Shown: piece after piece, positions 27,001 to 36,049 of the stretch
Layout: every line of letters starts with the position of its first letter
Position numbering within the stretch: the first letter of the stretch is position 1
Assembly (NCBI GenBank): GCA_963713975.1
Contig: OY970218.1
Location: forward strand, 1,408,001 to 1,472,000
Length of the DNA: 64,000 nucleotides
Source: an uncultured Chloroflexia bacterium
GTDB lineage: Bacteria > Chloroflexota > Limnocylindria > Limnocylindrales > CSP1-4
Direction: 5' to 3'
The notes under the pieces: generated by a model
The model's input: the letters and a program-made list of their open reading frames with translations, nothing else
The model's database searches: none
Told to the model about the DNA's origin: nothing
Program-made: the position numbers and the translations under genes

Positions 27001-29051
27001 GGGCCAGCAGCTACGCCAACAACCAGTCGACCGCGTCCGTCACTGTCGAGTGCCCTGATCTCAAGGTCACCAAAGACGCGGACAACAGCCCGATCAGCGC
27101 GGGCGACATCGCCGGCTACACGATCAAGGTCGAGAACGTCGGTGCGGGCAAGGCCTACGCCGTCACCCTGACCGATACGCTCCCGGCGGGCGTGACCTGG
27201 AGCGCGGCAAGCGACGCCTGCTCGATCACGGACGGCGTCCTCTGGTGCGACCTCGGCACGCTCCTCCCGGGCAGCAGCCGGACGGTCACCGTTTCCGGTG
27301 AGACCACCGCAGGATCCTGCGGCTCGCTCCCCAACAGCGCCACGACATCCGCCTCCAACGAGCCCGGCTCGGCGCTCGGCAACAACACGGATGGCGCCAC
27401 GGTTCTCGTGGACTGCCCCCGGATCGTGATCACAAAATCCACGGTCACCCCCGTGGTCTCGGCCGGTGACCAGGTCTCGTTCGACATCGAAGTCACCAAC
27501 ACGGGTGCCGGCAACGCGTACGGCGTGACTGTCGGCGACTCGCTGCCGGCTACCGCCGGGATCAGCTGGTCGATCGACGCCGCCAACACCACCGGTGCCT
27601 GGTCCATCGACAACGGCACCCTCGAGCTCGGCCCGGTCACCCTGGCCGGCGGTACGAGCGTCAAGGTCAGGATCGTGAGTGGCACGACGACTGCGAGCTG
27701 CTCAACCATTCCCAACCTCGCCGAGCTCACCTACCAGGGCGGCTCGGGCTCCGATGACTCGTCGCTCGTGGTCGAATGCCCCGACGTGACGATCCGCAAG
27801 ACGGCTGCCAACAGCCCGATCCTTGCCGGCCAGACCGCCTCCTACACCATCTCCGCCTGGAACCTCGGCCCCGGCACGGCCTACGACGTCGTGATCACCG
27901 ACCAGCTTCCGGCCGGCGTGGCATGGACTGTGGACAACCAGGGCTGCGCGATCGTCGAGGGCATGCTGACCTGCCAGGTCGGCACGCTGGCCAAGGCCGA
28001 CGAACCGTTCACGGTCAGGCTCAGCGGCCCCACCGTGGCCGCCAACTGCGGTGACCTGCCCAATGTCGCGGCCGTCTCGGCAGCGAACGAGGTTGCGGGT
28101 GCCATCGGCAACAATGAGGACGACGCCTCGATCACCGTCCTGTGCCCCTTCGTCTCGATCGCCAAGACCAACGACGCCGAGGGCAAGCAGGCGCCGGGCG
28201 ACACCATCGGCTACGAGCTCACCCTCAGCGTGATCAACGGCCCCATCGCGACGATGGCGGTCGAGGATGTCCTTCCTGCGGACTTCGGGACCCCGTCCGC
28301 CATCTCGGACGGCGGCGTCTATGACCCGCCGACCCGGACGATCACCTGGGCCCTCGCCAGCGTGGATGACGGCAGGACCCTGACCTACGACGTCGTGATC
28401 GACGCGGCGACGCAGGGGGGCAGCTACGTCAACACCGCCACGATCACCGATGGTCCGTGTGTCGAGGACTGCTCCGACACCTCGGTCGTCCCCGTCTGGC
28501 GCGTGGCCATCGCCAAGTCCAACAACGCCGCGAAGCCACTGACCGAGGGCGCCAGCGTCGGCTACACCCTCACCTTCGCGGTCCAGAACGGTCCGGTCGC
28601 AAGCCTGGTCGTGACCGATACCCTGCCCGCAGAGGTCGTGGATCCCCGTGACTTCAGCGTCGCGCCCGTCTCGATCGTGGGCCAGGTCATCACCTGGAGC
28701 CTGGCTGACGTGACCGATGGCAGCGCCATCTCGTACACGGCCACCATTGCCGTCGGGATTGTCACCGGCAGCTATACGAACGTCGCCGTCATCACCGAGG
28801 GACCGTGCGTCGGCGACGATTGCACCGCCAAGTCGGTCGTGAACACGGCAGCGGTGGAAGATGCGACGGGAACACCGAAGGTCACCCCAAAGCCCACGCC
28901 GCCCGCCACCGACACCCTGACCCGCGAGCCGGGTCAGACGACCGGCGGCGGCCTCCCCCTCATCCTGTTTGCGATCACCGGCCTCGTGGCGGTGCTGGGG
29001 GTCCTGACTCCCAACCCGGCGCGGGTCCGGCGGCAGCGCCGCCGCGGGTAG
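24024..29051 (+). CDS. Large adhesin-like surface protein: vWA domain, 10 DUF11-like Ig repeats and C-terminal anchor
   Basis: Signal peptide; MIDAS DQSGS...T...SDG; repeated K...D-x-LP...NTA units; TPPATDT-TM-RRQRRRG tail; GGGGAGG RBS. Confidence 0.92.
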   Translation: MRSRGYPSTLPADARKSLAFLWTAVLLCSLLLQSLAISAPAKSLAADDPACGLVPIDVEIILDQSGSMAQNSNAGHTRAYWAQQAAKQLVADLDANGGVGTGPATSSGARHRVGLTTFRGTIGSPSGYPGYAVVSSLASQNASGLATSIDGLSASGNTPFKAGMAGGAADMNAHKRGTDFGLPVTNVIVFISDGRPNPDGPSSGWGNGTSQRPTQANANAFKASADQVFSIGIGSGGSGASQVDLALMQALAKPNDAAHYANIVDSSKLPNLFRDIFSEIACKSYPTIETEVRQGGAPVSQVNKGDSVEDHAAITGGSGPVDGSVAFFVCRDASTKPDCSSGGTKVGASVSYAGDGVSSDPFTPSQLGYYCFRAEFNAAAGSNYLDTSHTNKSSECFQVLPSEVDLVKTADAASVSAGEPIGFTLTIRSKGPGAAYGVKVSDALPTDAGLDWSLDAANTTGTWSLAGGVLSFGGADGVTMTLGTEYTAHVTSPTTKATCGKVTNTGDATTTNDGTDTASADVTVLCPDIKVSKSPNAGAINAGDTATFTIKVENIGPGNATGVTVTDNLPAGLTWAESEADCSISGAAGSQVLTCNIGSLAAGAARTYTVSAVTSKANCGVIDNTATASATNERTSAEDNNTDSGAITVQCAEIDVTKAADAKSVSAGDSIGFTVTVKNAGDGIAYDVTATDNLAPSFAWSIDPSAGWTLNGTILSFAAGQMAAGASSSVHVTAPTTADSCGIVVNTATASAANDGSDQASAQTEVMCPDVVVVKTAVASPVNAGDGIAFDIVADNVGDGIARNVTLTDTLPTGIAWSEDSNACSITDGVLSCDFGDLANGASAKVRVSGTTTPTVCGIVPNTATVAATNEPVGLKGNNTDGDSVTVNCPDIEVSKTADDSSISAGDTAAFTIVVKNLGPGAASDVTLADPLPAGVTWTTSSVGCSVDDGTLNCDLGTLAAGASATVHVSGVTSAAVCGTLTNTAAAFASNERASSYANNQSTASVTVECPDLKVTKDADNSPISAGDIAGYTIKVENVGAGKAYAVTLTDTLPAGVTWSAASDACSITDGVLWCDLGTLLPGSSRTVTVSGETTAGSCGSLPNSATTSASNEPGSALGNNTDGATVLVDCPRIVITKSTVTPVVSAGDQVSFDIEVTNTGAGNAYGVTVGDSLPATAGISWSIDAANTTGAWSIDNGTLELGPVTLAGGTSVKVRIVSGTTTASCSTIPNLAELTYQGGSGSDDSSLVVECPDVTIRKTAANSPILAGQTASYTISAWNLGPGTAYDVVITDQLPAGVAWTVDNQGCAIVEGMLTCQVGTLAKADEPFTVRLSGPTVAANCGDLPNVAAVSAANEVAGAIGNNEDDASITVLCPFVSIAKTNDAEGKQAPGDTIGYELTLSVINGPIATMAVEDVLPADFGTPSAISDGGVYDPPTRTITWALASVDDGRTLTYDVVIDAATQGGSYVNTATITDGPCVEDCSDTSVVPVWRVAIAKSNNAAKPLTEGASVGYTLTFAVQNGPVASLVVTDTLPAEVVDPRDFSVAPVSIVGQVITWSLADVTDGSAISYTATIAVGIVTGSYTNVAVITEGPCVGDDCTAKSVVNTAAVEDATGTPKVTPKPTPPATDTLTREPGQTTGGGLPLILFAITGLVAVLGVLTPNPARVRRQRRRG

Positions 29052-29123
29052 CCCGAGGCGGCTGCGCCTGCCGCTCGTCCCGGGTCATCCTGGACACGCG
29101 GCAGGCCTGCCGGAACCGAACCA

Positions 29124-29176
29124 GGGTCCCCGAGACCCGGACGGGACGCACGCGCCTGAGTGCGTCCCGTCCGCCA
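29124..29176. repeat. 53-bp direct repeat, copy 2
   Basis: Identical to 22482-22534; lies between convergent gene ends. Confidence 0.95.
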
Positions 29177-29226
29177 TCTCACGTCGGACACGGCACCCGG
29201 TGCAGCTCTGAGCCCACCCGCGTGGT

Positions 29227-29976
29227 TCAGAGCTGCAGGCGCGTCCCCGGCCACACCATCTCGACTGGACCGTCATACGCGGCGCGGCACGAGGCGACCG
29301 TCTCCTCGGGGTCGTGGCCCATCTGGAGGTGGGTGAGGAGGACCCGGCCCGCGCCGGTCGCCGCGGCGAGCCGTCCGACCGCCGGGCCGTCGAGGTGGAG
29401 CACGCCACGCGGGATCGGCCCCGGCCCGAACGAGACCTCGCACAGGAGCGTGTCGCCCGGACGCACAAGCGGCGCGATGTCCTCGGGCCGTCCGCAGTCG
29501 CCGCTGTAGACCAGGCCGGGTCCCTGCCCGTCCACCACGATCACCCGGATGGCGTAGCTCTCGTCCGTGTGCGCGACCAGCCTGCCTTGGATCCCCAGCG
29601 CCCCCGCGTGGTGTGCCGTCTCGCCGAGGGTGGCGGCGTCCAGCGACTCGGCCGTGAACCCCGGCTGGGCATGCAGCGCGTCCAGGCGTCCGGTCAGGGC
29701 CGACGGACCGAGCACGCGCATGCGTCGCCCGGGCTGGAACTCGTAGCGCAGGTAGTGCCGGAGGGGCACGAGGTCGATGAAGTGATCGGGGTGCAGGTGG
29801 CTGACCACGACGGTGTCGAGATCCTCGGGTCGGACGTGCGGGAAGACCCGTGTGAAGGACCCCTGCCCCAGGTCCAGCAGCACGTGCGTCCCATCGTGCT
29901 CGACGAGGTAGCAGGCGCCCGAGGCGCCATCACGATCGGTGTACGCGGGACCGGCGCCCAGCACCGTCAGTCGCAT
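29227..29976 (-). CDS. MBL-fold metallo-hydrolase (RNase Z/YhfI-like)
   Basis: MRLTVLG, LLDLGQG, SHLHPDH, YSGDCG, LCE and LTHL. Confidence 0.9.
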   Translation of the reverse strand: MRLTVLGAGPAYTDRDGASGACYLVEHDGTHVLLDLGQGSFTRVFPHVRPEDLDTVVVSHLHPDHFIDLVPLRHYLRYEFQPGRRMRVLGPSALTGRLDALHAQPGFTAESLDAATLGETAHHAGALGIQGRLVAHTDESYAIRVIVVDGQGPGLVYSGDCGRPEDIAPLVRPGDTLLCEVSFGPGPIPRGVLHLDGPAVGRLAAATGAGRVLLTHLQMGHDPEETVASCRAAYDGPVEMVWPGTRLQL

Positions 29977-29986
29977 CGGGGGCACC

Positions 29987-30949
29987 TCACCGGCTGGAGC
30001 GTACCCGTCCGGGACCGGCGACATCCCGCGGCACGGGAACGGCGACGCGTGCTCCCCCGCGCCGGAACGTCAGGGCCTGGAATCCGGCGCTCGAGACCTG
30101 GCGGTACGCAGCGGCGAGGCCGTAGCCGAACCACTCCACCCGGTGGGCGTCCGATCCGACGGTCACGTGCCGTCCGCCGAGCTCGCGATAGCGGGCAACG
30201 ATCGCGGCGGACGGATATGTCTCGCGCGGCAGCTGGCGCAGGCCGGAGGCGTTGACCTCCAGGGCCGTGCCGGTCTCGACGAGCGCGGCCAGGACCGGCT
30301 CATAGAGCTCCGGCGCCGCGGCCAGCTGGGCGGGCATCACGTGCGGCACGAGGTAGCGCTTGACGAAGTCCATGTGGCCGATGGTGTCGAACAGGCCGGA
30401 TCGAGCGGCGCCGATCACCTCGTCGAAGTAGGGCGCCACGATGTCCGAGAGGGAACGTCCGGCCGTGAACGAGGCAACGTTGGACGCCTTGTACGGCGAC
30501 ACGGCGCTGACATGCACGCTGCCGATCACGTAGTCGTGGGGATGGCGTCGCAGCCAGCCGCGGATGTCCTCTTCGAGGCGGCGCTCGTAGGTGACCTCCA
30601 CGCCGAACCGGATCGCCAGGCCGTGGGGCGCCCAGCGTTCGGCCGCCTCCCGCACGTCGCGCTCGCGGTCCGTGAACGAGGCGAACCCGTAGGCGGGCAT
30701 GGTCGGGTCGAAGTCCACGTGGTCAGTGATGGCCAGCTCCGGGATCCCGCGCTCGGCGGCGAGGAGGCAGTACGCCTCCAGCATCGCGTTCGCATCCGGC
30801 GAGCGGACCGTGTGCATGTGGGAGTCGAGGGGGAGGTCCCGCGCGTCGCCGAGGCCGGCCGCCATGCCGGCCTTCCAGACGTCGTGCTCGATGTCTGCGC
30901 GGGGACGCGTGTCGGCCGGGTCGGGCGTGCCGAGCGAGGTACGGCTCAC
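29987..30949 (-). CDS. PHP-domain histidinol-phosphatase (HisJ/HisK family)
   Basis: DSHMHT, ITDH, DYVIGSVH, GHMD, LEVNASG and GSDAH; GTGA overlap with kbl. Confidence 0.88.
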   Translation of the reverse strand: MSRTSLGTPDPADTRPRADIEHDVWKAGMAAGLGDARDLPLDSHMHTVRSPDANAMLEAYCLLAAERGIPELAITDHVDFDPTMPAYGFASFTDRERDVREAAERWAPHGLAIRFGVEVTYERRLEEDIRGWLRRHPHDYVIGSVHVSAVSPYKASNVASFTAGRSLSDIVAPYFDEVIGAARSGLFDTIGHMDFVKRYLVPHVMPAQLAAAPELYEPVLAALVETGTALEVNASGLRQLPRETYPSAAIVARYRELGGRHVTVGSDAHRVEWFGYGLAAAYRQVSSAGFQALTFRRGGARVAVPVPRDVAGPGRVRSSR

Positions 30950-32172
30950 CCTGCAGTCACGCCCAGCTCGCGGCCCACGCGGTCGAAGGCCGCCACGGCC
31001 TGGTCGAGCATGGCGTCCGTGTGGGCGGCGGTCACGATCGTCCTGATCCGCGACCGGTCCAGGGCGACGGTGGGGAACACCACCGAGGTGCCGAACACCC
31101 CTTCCTCGAACAGGCGGTCCGAGAAGCGGATCGTCGTCTCGGCGTCGCCGAGCATGACGGGCGTGATCGGGGTCTCGCTGCCGCCGATGTCGAAGCCCAG
31201 CCGCGCGAGCTCGGCCTTGAACCGGCGGGTGTTCGCCCACAGGCGAGCGAGCAGCTCCGGCTCCTCCTGCATGATGGCGATGGCCTCGCGGCAGGCGGCG
31301 GCAACCGCCGGCGGATGGCTCGTGGAGAACAGGAACGGCCGCGCACGCTGGACCAGGATGTCACGCAGCGCCTGGGTGCCGGCAACGTAGCCGCCGAGGA
31401 CCCCCACCGCCTTCGACAGCGTGCCGACCTGGATCGCGACGCGGCCGTCCAGCCCGAAGTGGTTCACGGACCCGCGGCCGTCGGTCCCGAGCACGCCAGA
31501 GGCGTGGGCGTCGTCCACCATGACGGCGGCGCCAAAGGCCTCGGCCACGTCCACGATCCCCGGCAGCGGTGCGATGTCACCGTCCATGCTGAACACCCCG
31601 TCGGTCACGACGAGAATCAGCCGGTAGGGCGCCCCCTGCCCATCCCGCCCCTGCTCGGTGGCCTCGGCAAGGACCTGGCGCAGCGAGTCGATGTCCGCGT
31701 GCCGGTAGACCTTGCGGGGCGCCTTCGAGAGGCGCATGCCGTCGATGATGCTGGCGTGGTTGAGCTCGTCCGACACGATCAGGTCGGTCTCGCCCGTGAT
31801 GGTGGGGAGCACGCCGGTGTTGGCGCTGAAGCCGGACTGAAAGGTGAGGACCGCAGCGGTGTGCTTGAACGCCGCGAGGTCCGCCTCGAGAGCCTCGTGG
31901 AGGACCATCGTGCCGGCGATCGTGCGCACGGCCCCGGAGCCCGCGCCGTAGCGCTCGACCGCCGCCATCGCCGCGCGCTTCATGCGCGGGTGGTGGGACA
32001 GGCCCAGGTAGTCGTTCGAGGACAGGCTGATGACGCGTCGGTCGTCGAGCGACACGATCGGCCCCTGGGCGCTGCTCATGACCCGCAGCGGCCGGTACAG
32101 GTGGCGCTCGCGGAGGGCGGCCAGCTCGTCGTCCAGGAACGCGAGCGGGTTGGGGGTGCTTGCCGAGCCCAT
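30946..32172 (-). CDS. kbl: Glycine C-acetyltransferase (2-amino-3-ketobutyrate CoA ligase)
   Basis: [29 protein letters not shown] and GTLSKA; adjacent to tdh. Confidence 0.9.
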   Translation of the reverse strand: MGSASTPNPLAFLDDELAALRERHLYRPLRVMSSAQGPIVSLDDRRVISLSSNDYLGLSHHPRMKRAAMAAVERYGAGSGAVRTIAGTMVLHEALEADLAAFKHTAAVLTFQSGFSANTGVLPTITGETDLIVSDELNHASIIDGMRLSKAPRKVYRHADIDSLRQVLAEATEQGRDGQGAPYRLILVVTDGVFSMDGDIAPLPGIVDVAEAFGAAVMVDDAHASGVLGTDGRGSVNHFGLDGRVAIQVGTLSKAVGVLGGYVAGTQALRDILVQRARPFLFSTSHPPAVAAACREAIAIMQEEPELLARLWANTRRFKAELARLGFDIGGSETPITPVMLGDAETTIRFSDRLFEEGVFGTSVVFPTVALDRSRIRTIVTAAHTDAMLDQAVAAFDRVGRELGVTAG

Positions 32173-32193
32173 GGGGGTCTCCTGCGCCACGGC

Positions 32194-33222
32194 CTAGACC
32201 GTCCAGTCCATGATCACCTTGCCGGCGTCGCCAGATCGGGCCGTCTCGAACGCCGTCTCGAACTCCCGGAACCCGAAGCGGTGGGTGATCGCGGGCGTGA
32301 TGTCGAGCCCCGACTGGACCATCACGGTCATCTTGTACCAGGTCTCGTACATCTCGCGGCCGTAGATGCCCCGGATCGTGAGCAGCTTGAACACGATCTC
32401 GTTGACGTCGAGGCTGATGTCCTGGGTGGGGATCCCCAGGATGGCGATGGAGCCGCCGTGGGCCATATTGTCCATCGCCGTCCGGATGGCGGCGGCGGCA
32501 CCGGACATCTCGAGCGCGACGTCGAAGCCCTCCACCATTCCCAGCTCGCGCTGGACGTCCGCGAGGTCCTGCGCCCCCGGGTCGACCGCAATGGTGGCGC
32601 CCATGCGGGTGGCGAGCTCACGACGGACCGCGTTGGGCTCCGAGACGACCACGAACCGGGCGCCGGCATGGCGGACGACCGCCGTGGCCATCAGGCCGAT
32701 CGGGCCGGCCCCGGTGATCAGCACGTCCTCGCCCAGCACCGGGAACGCGAGGGCCGTGTGCACGGCGTTGCCAAAGGGATCGAAGATGGCGGCGACCTCC
32801 TCCTCGATGCCCGGCCAGTGGTGCCAGACGTTGGTCATCGGCAGCACGACGTACTCCGCGAAGGCGCCGGCGCGGCCGACGCCTAGGCCCACGGTGTTGG
32901 CGCACAGGTGGCGGCGGCCGGCGAGGCAGTGGCGGCACCGGCCGCAGGTCACATGACCCTCACCGCTGACGATGTCGCCGGGGTGGAAGTCCACGACGTT
33001 AGAGCCAACCTCGGCGATCTCCCCCACGAACTCATGGCCGACGATCAGCGGCGGCTCGATCGATCGGGCCGCCCAGGGGTCCCACGACTCGATGTGCAGG
33101 TCGGTGCCGCAGATGCCTGTCCGATGCACGCGGATGAGGACGTCGTTGATCCCGGGGACTGGGTCCGGGACGATCTCCAGCGACAGGCCCGGGCCGGGCG
33201 CGGTCTTCACGAGAGCGAGCAT
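32194..33222 (-). CDS. tdh: L-threonine 3-dehydrogenase
   Basis: [28 protein letters not shown] and [12 protein letters not shown]. Confidence 0.96.
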   Translation of the reverse strand: MLALVKTAPGPGLSLEIVPDPVPGINDVLIRVHRTGICGTDLHIESWDPWAARSIEPPLIVGHEFVGEIAEVGSNVVDFHPGDIVSGEGHVTCGRCRHCLAGRRHLCANTVGLGVGRAGAFAEYVVLPMTNVWHHWPGIEEEVAAIFDPFGNAVHTALAFPVLGEDVLITGAGPIGLMATAVVRHAGARFVVVSEPNAVRRELATRMGATIAVDPGAQDLADVQRELGMVEGFDVALEMSGAAAAIRTAMDNMAHGGSIAILGIPTQDISLDVNEIVFKLLTIRGIYGREMYETWYKMTVMVQSGLDITPAITHRFGFREFETAFETARSGDAGKVIMDWTV

Positions 33223-33262
33223 GTGCGGCTCCTGCTTCCCGGTTCCCGGCGCCGCCCCCAGG

Positions 33263-34240
33263 TCAGGGGGCGGGCCTGGGGTCGTCGGTCCAGTCGACGA
33301 TCGGATTCTCCACCACGCCGATGCCCTCGATCTCGCACCGGACGCGGTCGCCGGGCTCGAGGAAGACCGGCGGATCACGGAAGACGCCAACGCCTGCTGG
33401 TGTGCCCGTCGCGATCAGGTCCCCGGGCTCCAGCGTGATGTGTCGCGAGATGTAGCTCACCAGGGCGGGCACGTCATAGAGCATGTCGGCCGTATTTCCA
33501 CCCTGCATAGGGATGGGCGTGCCCGCGTCCGGGCCGGAGCCGGGGATGCGCCAGCTGCGCAGGGCGAGACCCTCCCTCGGGTCGAGCTCGTCCGCGGTGA
33601 CGAATACGGGTCCGACGGGAAGGAAGGTGTCGCTGCCCTTCGCCCGCAGCCACTGGCCGTCACCCTTCTCGCCCTCGCGCAGGGCCTGCGGATTGCCCTG
33701 CCAGTCACGGGCGCTCACGTCGTTGACCACCACGTAGCCGGCGACATGGTCGAGCGCCTCCTGCTCCGTCACCCGCCTGGCTGCCCTGCCGATGACGACG
33801 CCGAGCTCCACCTCGAGATCGAGCGCGCGGGTGCCCTCGGGGCGCACGATCGCGTCGCCGTCACCGATGACCGCGTTGGGGAACTTGGCAAACAGCATCG
33901 GGCGGTCGGGGACCCCGCGCCCGCCCTCGCGTGCGTGATCGCCGTAGTTGAGGCCGACGCAGACGATCTTGCCGGTCGCGAACGGATCGAGGACCGGCGC
34001 CGGTCGGCGGGCTTCCAGGTCGAGGGTCGGAGCGCCGCGCCTCGTGGCCCGCTCGACTGCACGCCGGACCCTGCGCAGGCCGTGGTCCCTGGTCTGGAGC
34101 TCGAATAGGACGCCCATGTGCGAGCTGCCCCGCTCCAGGCGGCCACGCTTCTCGAGCTGGGACCCGGTGACCAGTTGCCCGTCGACCAGCACGCCGAATC
34201 GCTGGCAGCCGAACCGGTCGAAATAGGCGTACAAGCGCAT
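33263..34240 (-). CDS. Fumarylacetoacetate hydrolase family protein
   Basis: [25 protein letters not shown] and [13 protein letters not shown]. Confidence 0.93.
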   Translation of the reverse strand: MRLYAYFDRFGCQRFGVLVDGQLVTGSQLEKRGRLERGSSHMGVLFELQTRDHGLRRVRRAVERATRRGAPTLDLEARRPAPVLDPFATGKIVCVGLNYGDHAREGGRGVPDRPMLFAKFPNAVIGDGDAIVRPEGTRALDLEVELGVVIGRAARRVTEQEALDHVAGYVVVNDVSARDWQGNPQALREGEKGDGQWLRAKGSDTFLPVGPVFVTADELDPREGLALRSWRIPGSGPDAGTPIPMQGGNTADMLYDVPALVSYISRHITLEPGDLIATGTPAGVGVFRDPPVFLEPGDRVRCEIEGIGVVENPIVDWTDDPRPAP

Positions 34241-34254
34241 CGGGGCTCCGTGGG

Positions 34255-35091
34255 CTAGGGGGTCGGGCTGGGCGCCGCGGACGCGCCGACCGGCGCGCTC
34301 GGGGACGGGACGGCGCACTGCGGCTCGGGCGGAGCGACCCAGCGGCCGTCCGAGACCCGCTCGCCGTAGCGCAGGTAGAAGTCATAGATCGCAGCGGGGT
34401 CGAGGGTGTCGAGGTAGATCACGCGATCCCAGACCAGCGCCGCGAACCTGGTGGGCAGCTCCTCGAAGCGGGCGACGACCGGACCCACCAGGCCGGCCGG
34501 CAGGTTGCAGATCGCACTGTTGGGGAAGCCGGCGGCCGTGTCCCGAAGGGCCTGTGTCGCGGCGTCGTCACAGGCGCCCTGCTGGCAGGAGTAGAGGAGG
34601 ACCAGGCCACCGTGCTCCAGGTTGTGGACCCAGCCGTTGGGGATGCTCTGGTCGTCGGGTCCGTAGACCTTGGGCTCGAGCGGCCCGTAGCCGGTCTTGT
34701 TGACGTGCTTGCCCGACGCCGGGGGGCAGACCTGGTAGGTCACCCTGTCGCCGGCCTGGACGTGGCCGGTGCCCTGGTCCGGCTGGACCTGGCCCAGCTG
34801 GCCGTCCGCCGCGGCCTGGACGGTGTCGATGGAGGTGCAGGCATAGGCGGGGGCCGCCGCGCTGGTGAGCGCGTAGGCACTCACGCCCACGACGACCGCG
34901 ATCACGACCAGGGCCAGGACCGGTGTCCGGAGGCGCTGGAGCGTCGTCTTCTGGGCCTGGCGCGGGCGTGGCGTGTCACGTCGGCCCGCGCGCCGGGTGC
35001 CGGTGGGCGCGGTGCTCCTGGATCGGGATTGCCCGCCCTGCTCGACTGCGGGGCCCGCGTCCTGGCCGGGCGTCTGGCTGGCGTCGCTCAC
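34255..35091 (-). CDS. DUF3105-like membrane-anchored protein
   Basis: Single TM, PPASGKH and VHNLEHGGLVLLY. Confidence 0.85.
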   Translation of the reverse strand: MSDASQTPGQDAGPAVEQGGQSRSRSTAPTGTRRAGRRDTPRPRQAQKTTLQRLRTPVLALVVIAVVVGVSAYALTSAAAPAYACTSIDTVQAAADGQLGQVQPDQGTGHVQAGDRVTYQVCPPASGKHVNKTGYGPLEPKVYGPDDQSIPNGWVHNLEHGGLVLLYSCQQGACDDAATQALRDTAAGFPNSAICNLPAGLVGPVVARFEELPTRFAALVWDRVIYLDTLDPAAIYDFYLRYGERVSDGRWVAPPEPQCAVPSPSAPVGASAAPSPTP

Positions 35092-35276
35092 GTGGCTGCT
35101 CCGGGGTGGGGGTCGGCGGTACCGGCCGGGCCGGTCGCCGCCGCGTCGCGAGGGGTCCGCGATGCTGCGCGAAGGGTAGCGCCACCCGTCATGGAGCGCG
35201 CGAGTGCGGGCGGCGGGTCGGGCCGCGGTCCCGCAGGCATCAGGGATGGCTCTCACCCGCGGGCCCCGTTGTCTGT

Positions 35277-35328
35277 CCGCGTGGCGGACCATTCAGCGAA
35301 CGCGATCGTCGGTTGGTCCGCCACGCGG
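35277..35328. repeat. 15-bp perfect inverted repeat (REP/MITE-like)
   Basis: CCGCGTGGCGGACCA...TGGTCCGCCACGCGG with a 22-nt loop. Confidence 0.8.
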
Positions 35329-35425
35329 CCTCAACGCGATCCGAACCGCCAACGGGCCGTCACCGAACCTCTTGCTGCCCGCTATCGGCGGACAGAACAG
35401 CGAACGCGCTCGCCAGATGGTCCTC

Positions 35426-35479
35426 CCAGCGGACCAGCGGACCAGCGGCCCTGCGGACCAGCGGACCAGCGGCCCAGCG
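35426..35479. repeat. Intergenic 8-bp tandem repeat (CCAGCGGA, about 6.7 copies)
   Basis: Directly visible just past the stop of the 35485-35856 gene. Confidence 0.85.
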
Positions 35480-35484
35480 CCCTT

Positions 35485-35856
35485 TCAGGGCTCGCTCAGC
35501 CAGGTTCGCACCTCGGGCCGGGTGAGCCCGAAGAACAGCAGCGCTGCGAGCGCCGCCACGACGACCGCCGCGATCGGTTGCGCCGCGAGCAGGGCGAGGG
35601 GGATGGCGGGGATCGTGAGCGTGGACAGGCCTAGTGCGAGGGGACGTCCGGCCTCCTTGCGCTGCAGGACGAGCGTCGTGGTGAAGATGGTGTACGCCAG
35701 CAGGATCATCACGACCACGCCGGGCAGGGAGAGCGGCGCGCTGATCGACTGGTCCACCACCCAGCGGAGCGACAGGCCGATGAGGCCCAGCACGAGGAAG
35801 GCGTAGCCGAGGAAGACGCGGACGCCACCGGGCATCACGCGGAACTGGCGGAGCAT
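35485..35856 (-). CDS. Small 4-TM membrane protein
   Basis: Four hydrophobic segments and a C-terminal RPEVRTWL. Confidence 0.8.
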   Translation of the reverse strand: MLRQFRVMPGGVRVFLGYAFLVLGLIGLSLRWVVDQSISAPLSLPGVVVMILLAYTIFTTTLVLQRKEAGRPLALGLSTLTIPAIPLALLAAQPIAAVVVAALAALLFFGLTRPEVRTWLSEP

Positions 35857-36049
35857 GCCCCGATCATGCCACCAGCCGGCCACCGCCGTGCCGGGTGTGG
35901 CGGCGACCCGTCCATGCTCGTGGTGTTCGGATGTCCAGCCCCGGGACGTCGCGGGTCCGGGGCAGGTGGCAATCTTCCTGGTGCATCGACTGTCTGACAT
36001 CCCATGGCCCCAGCCCGCAGCGCCGGGCCCCCTGCTCCTGAGGTCTACC

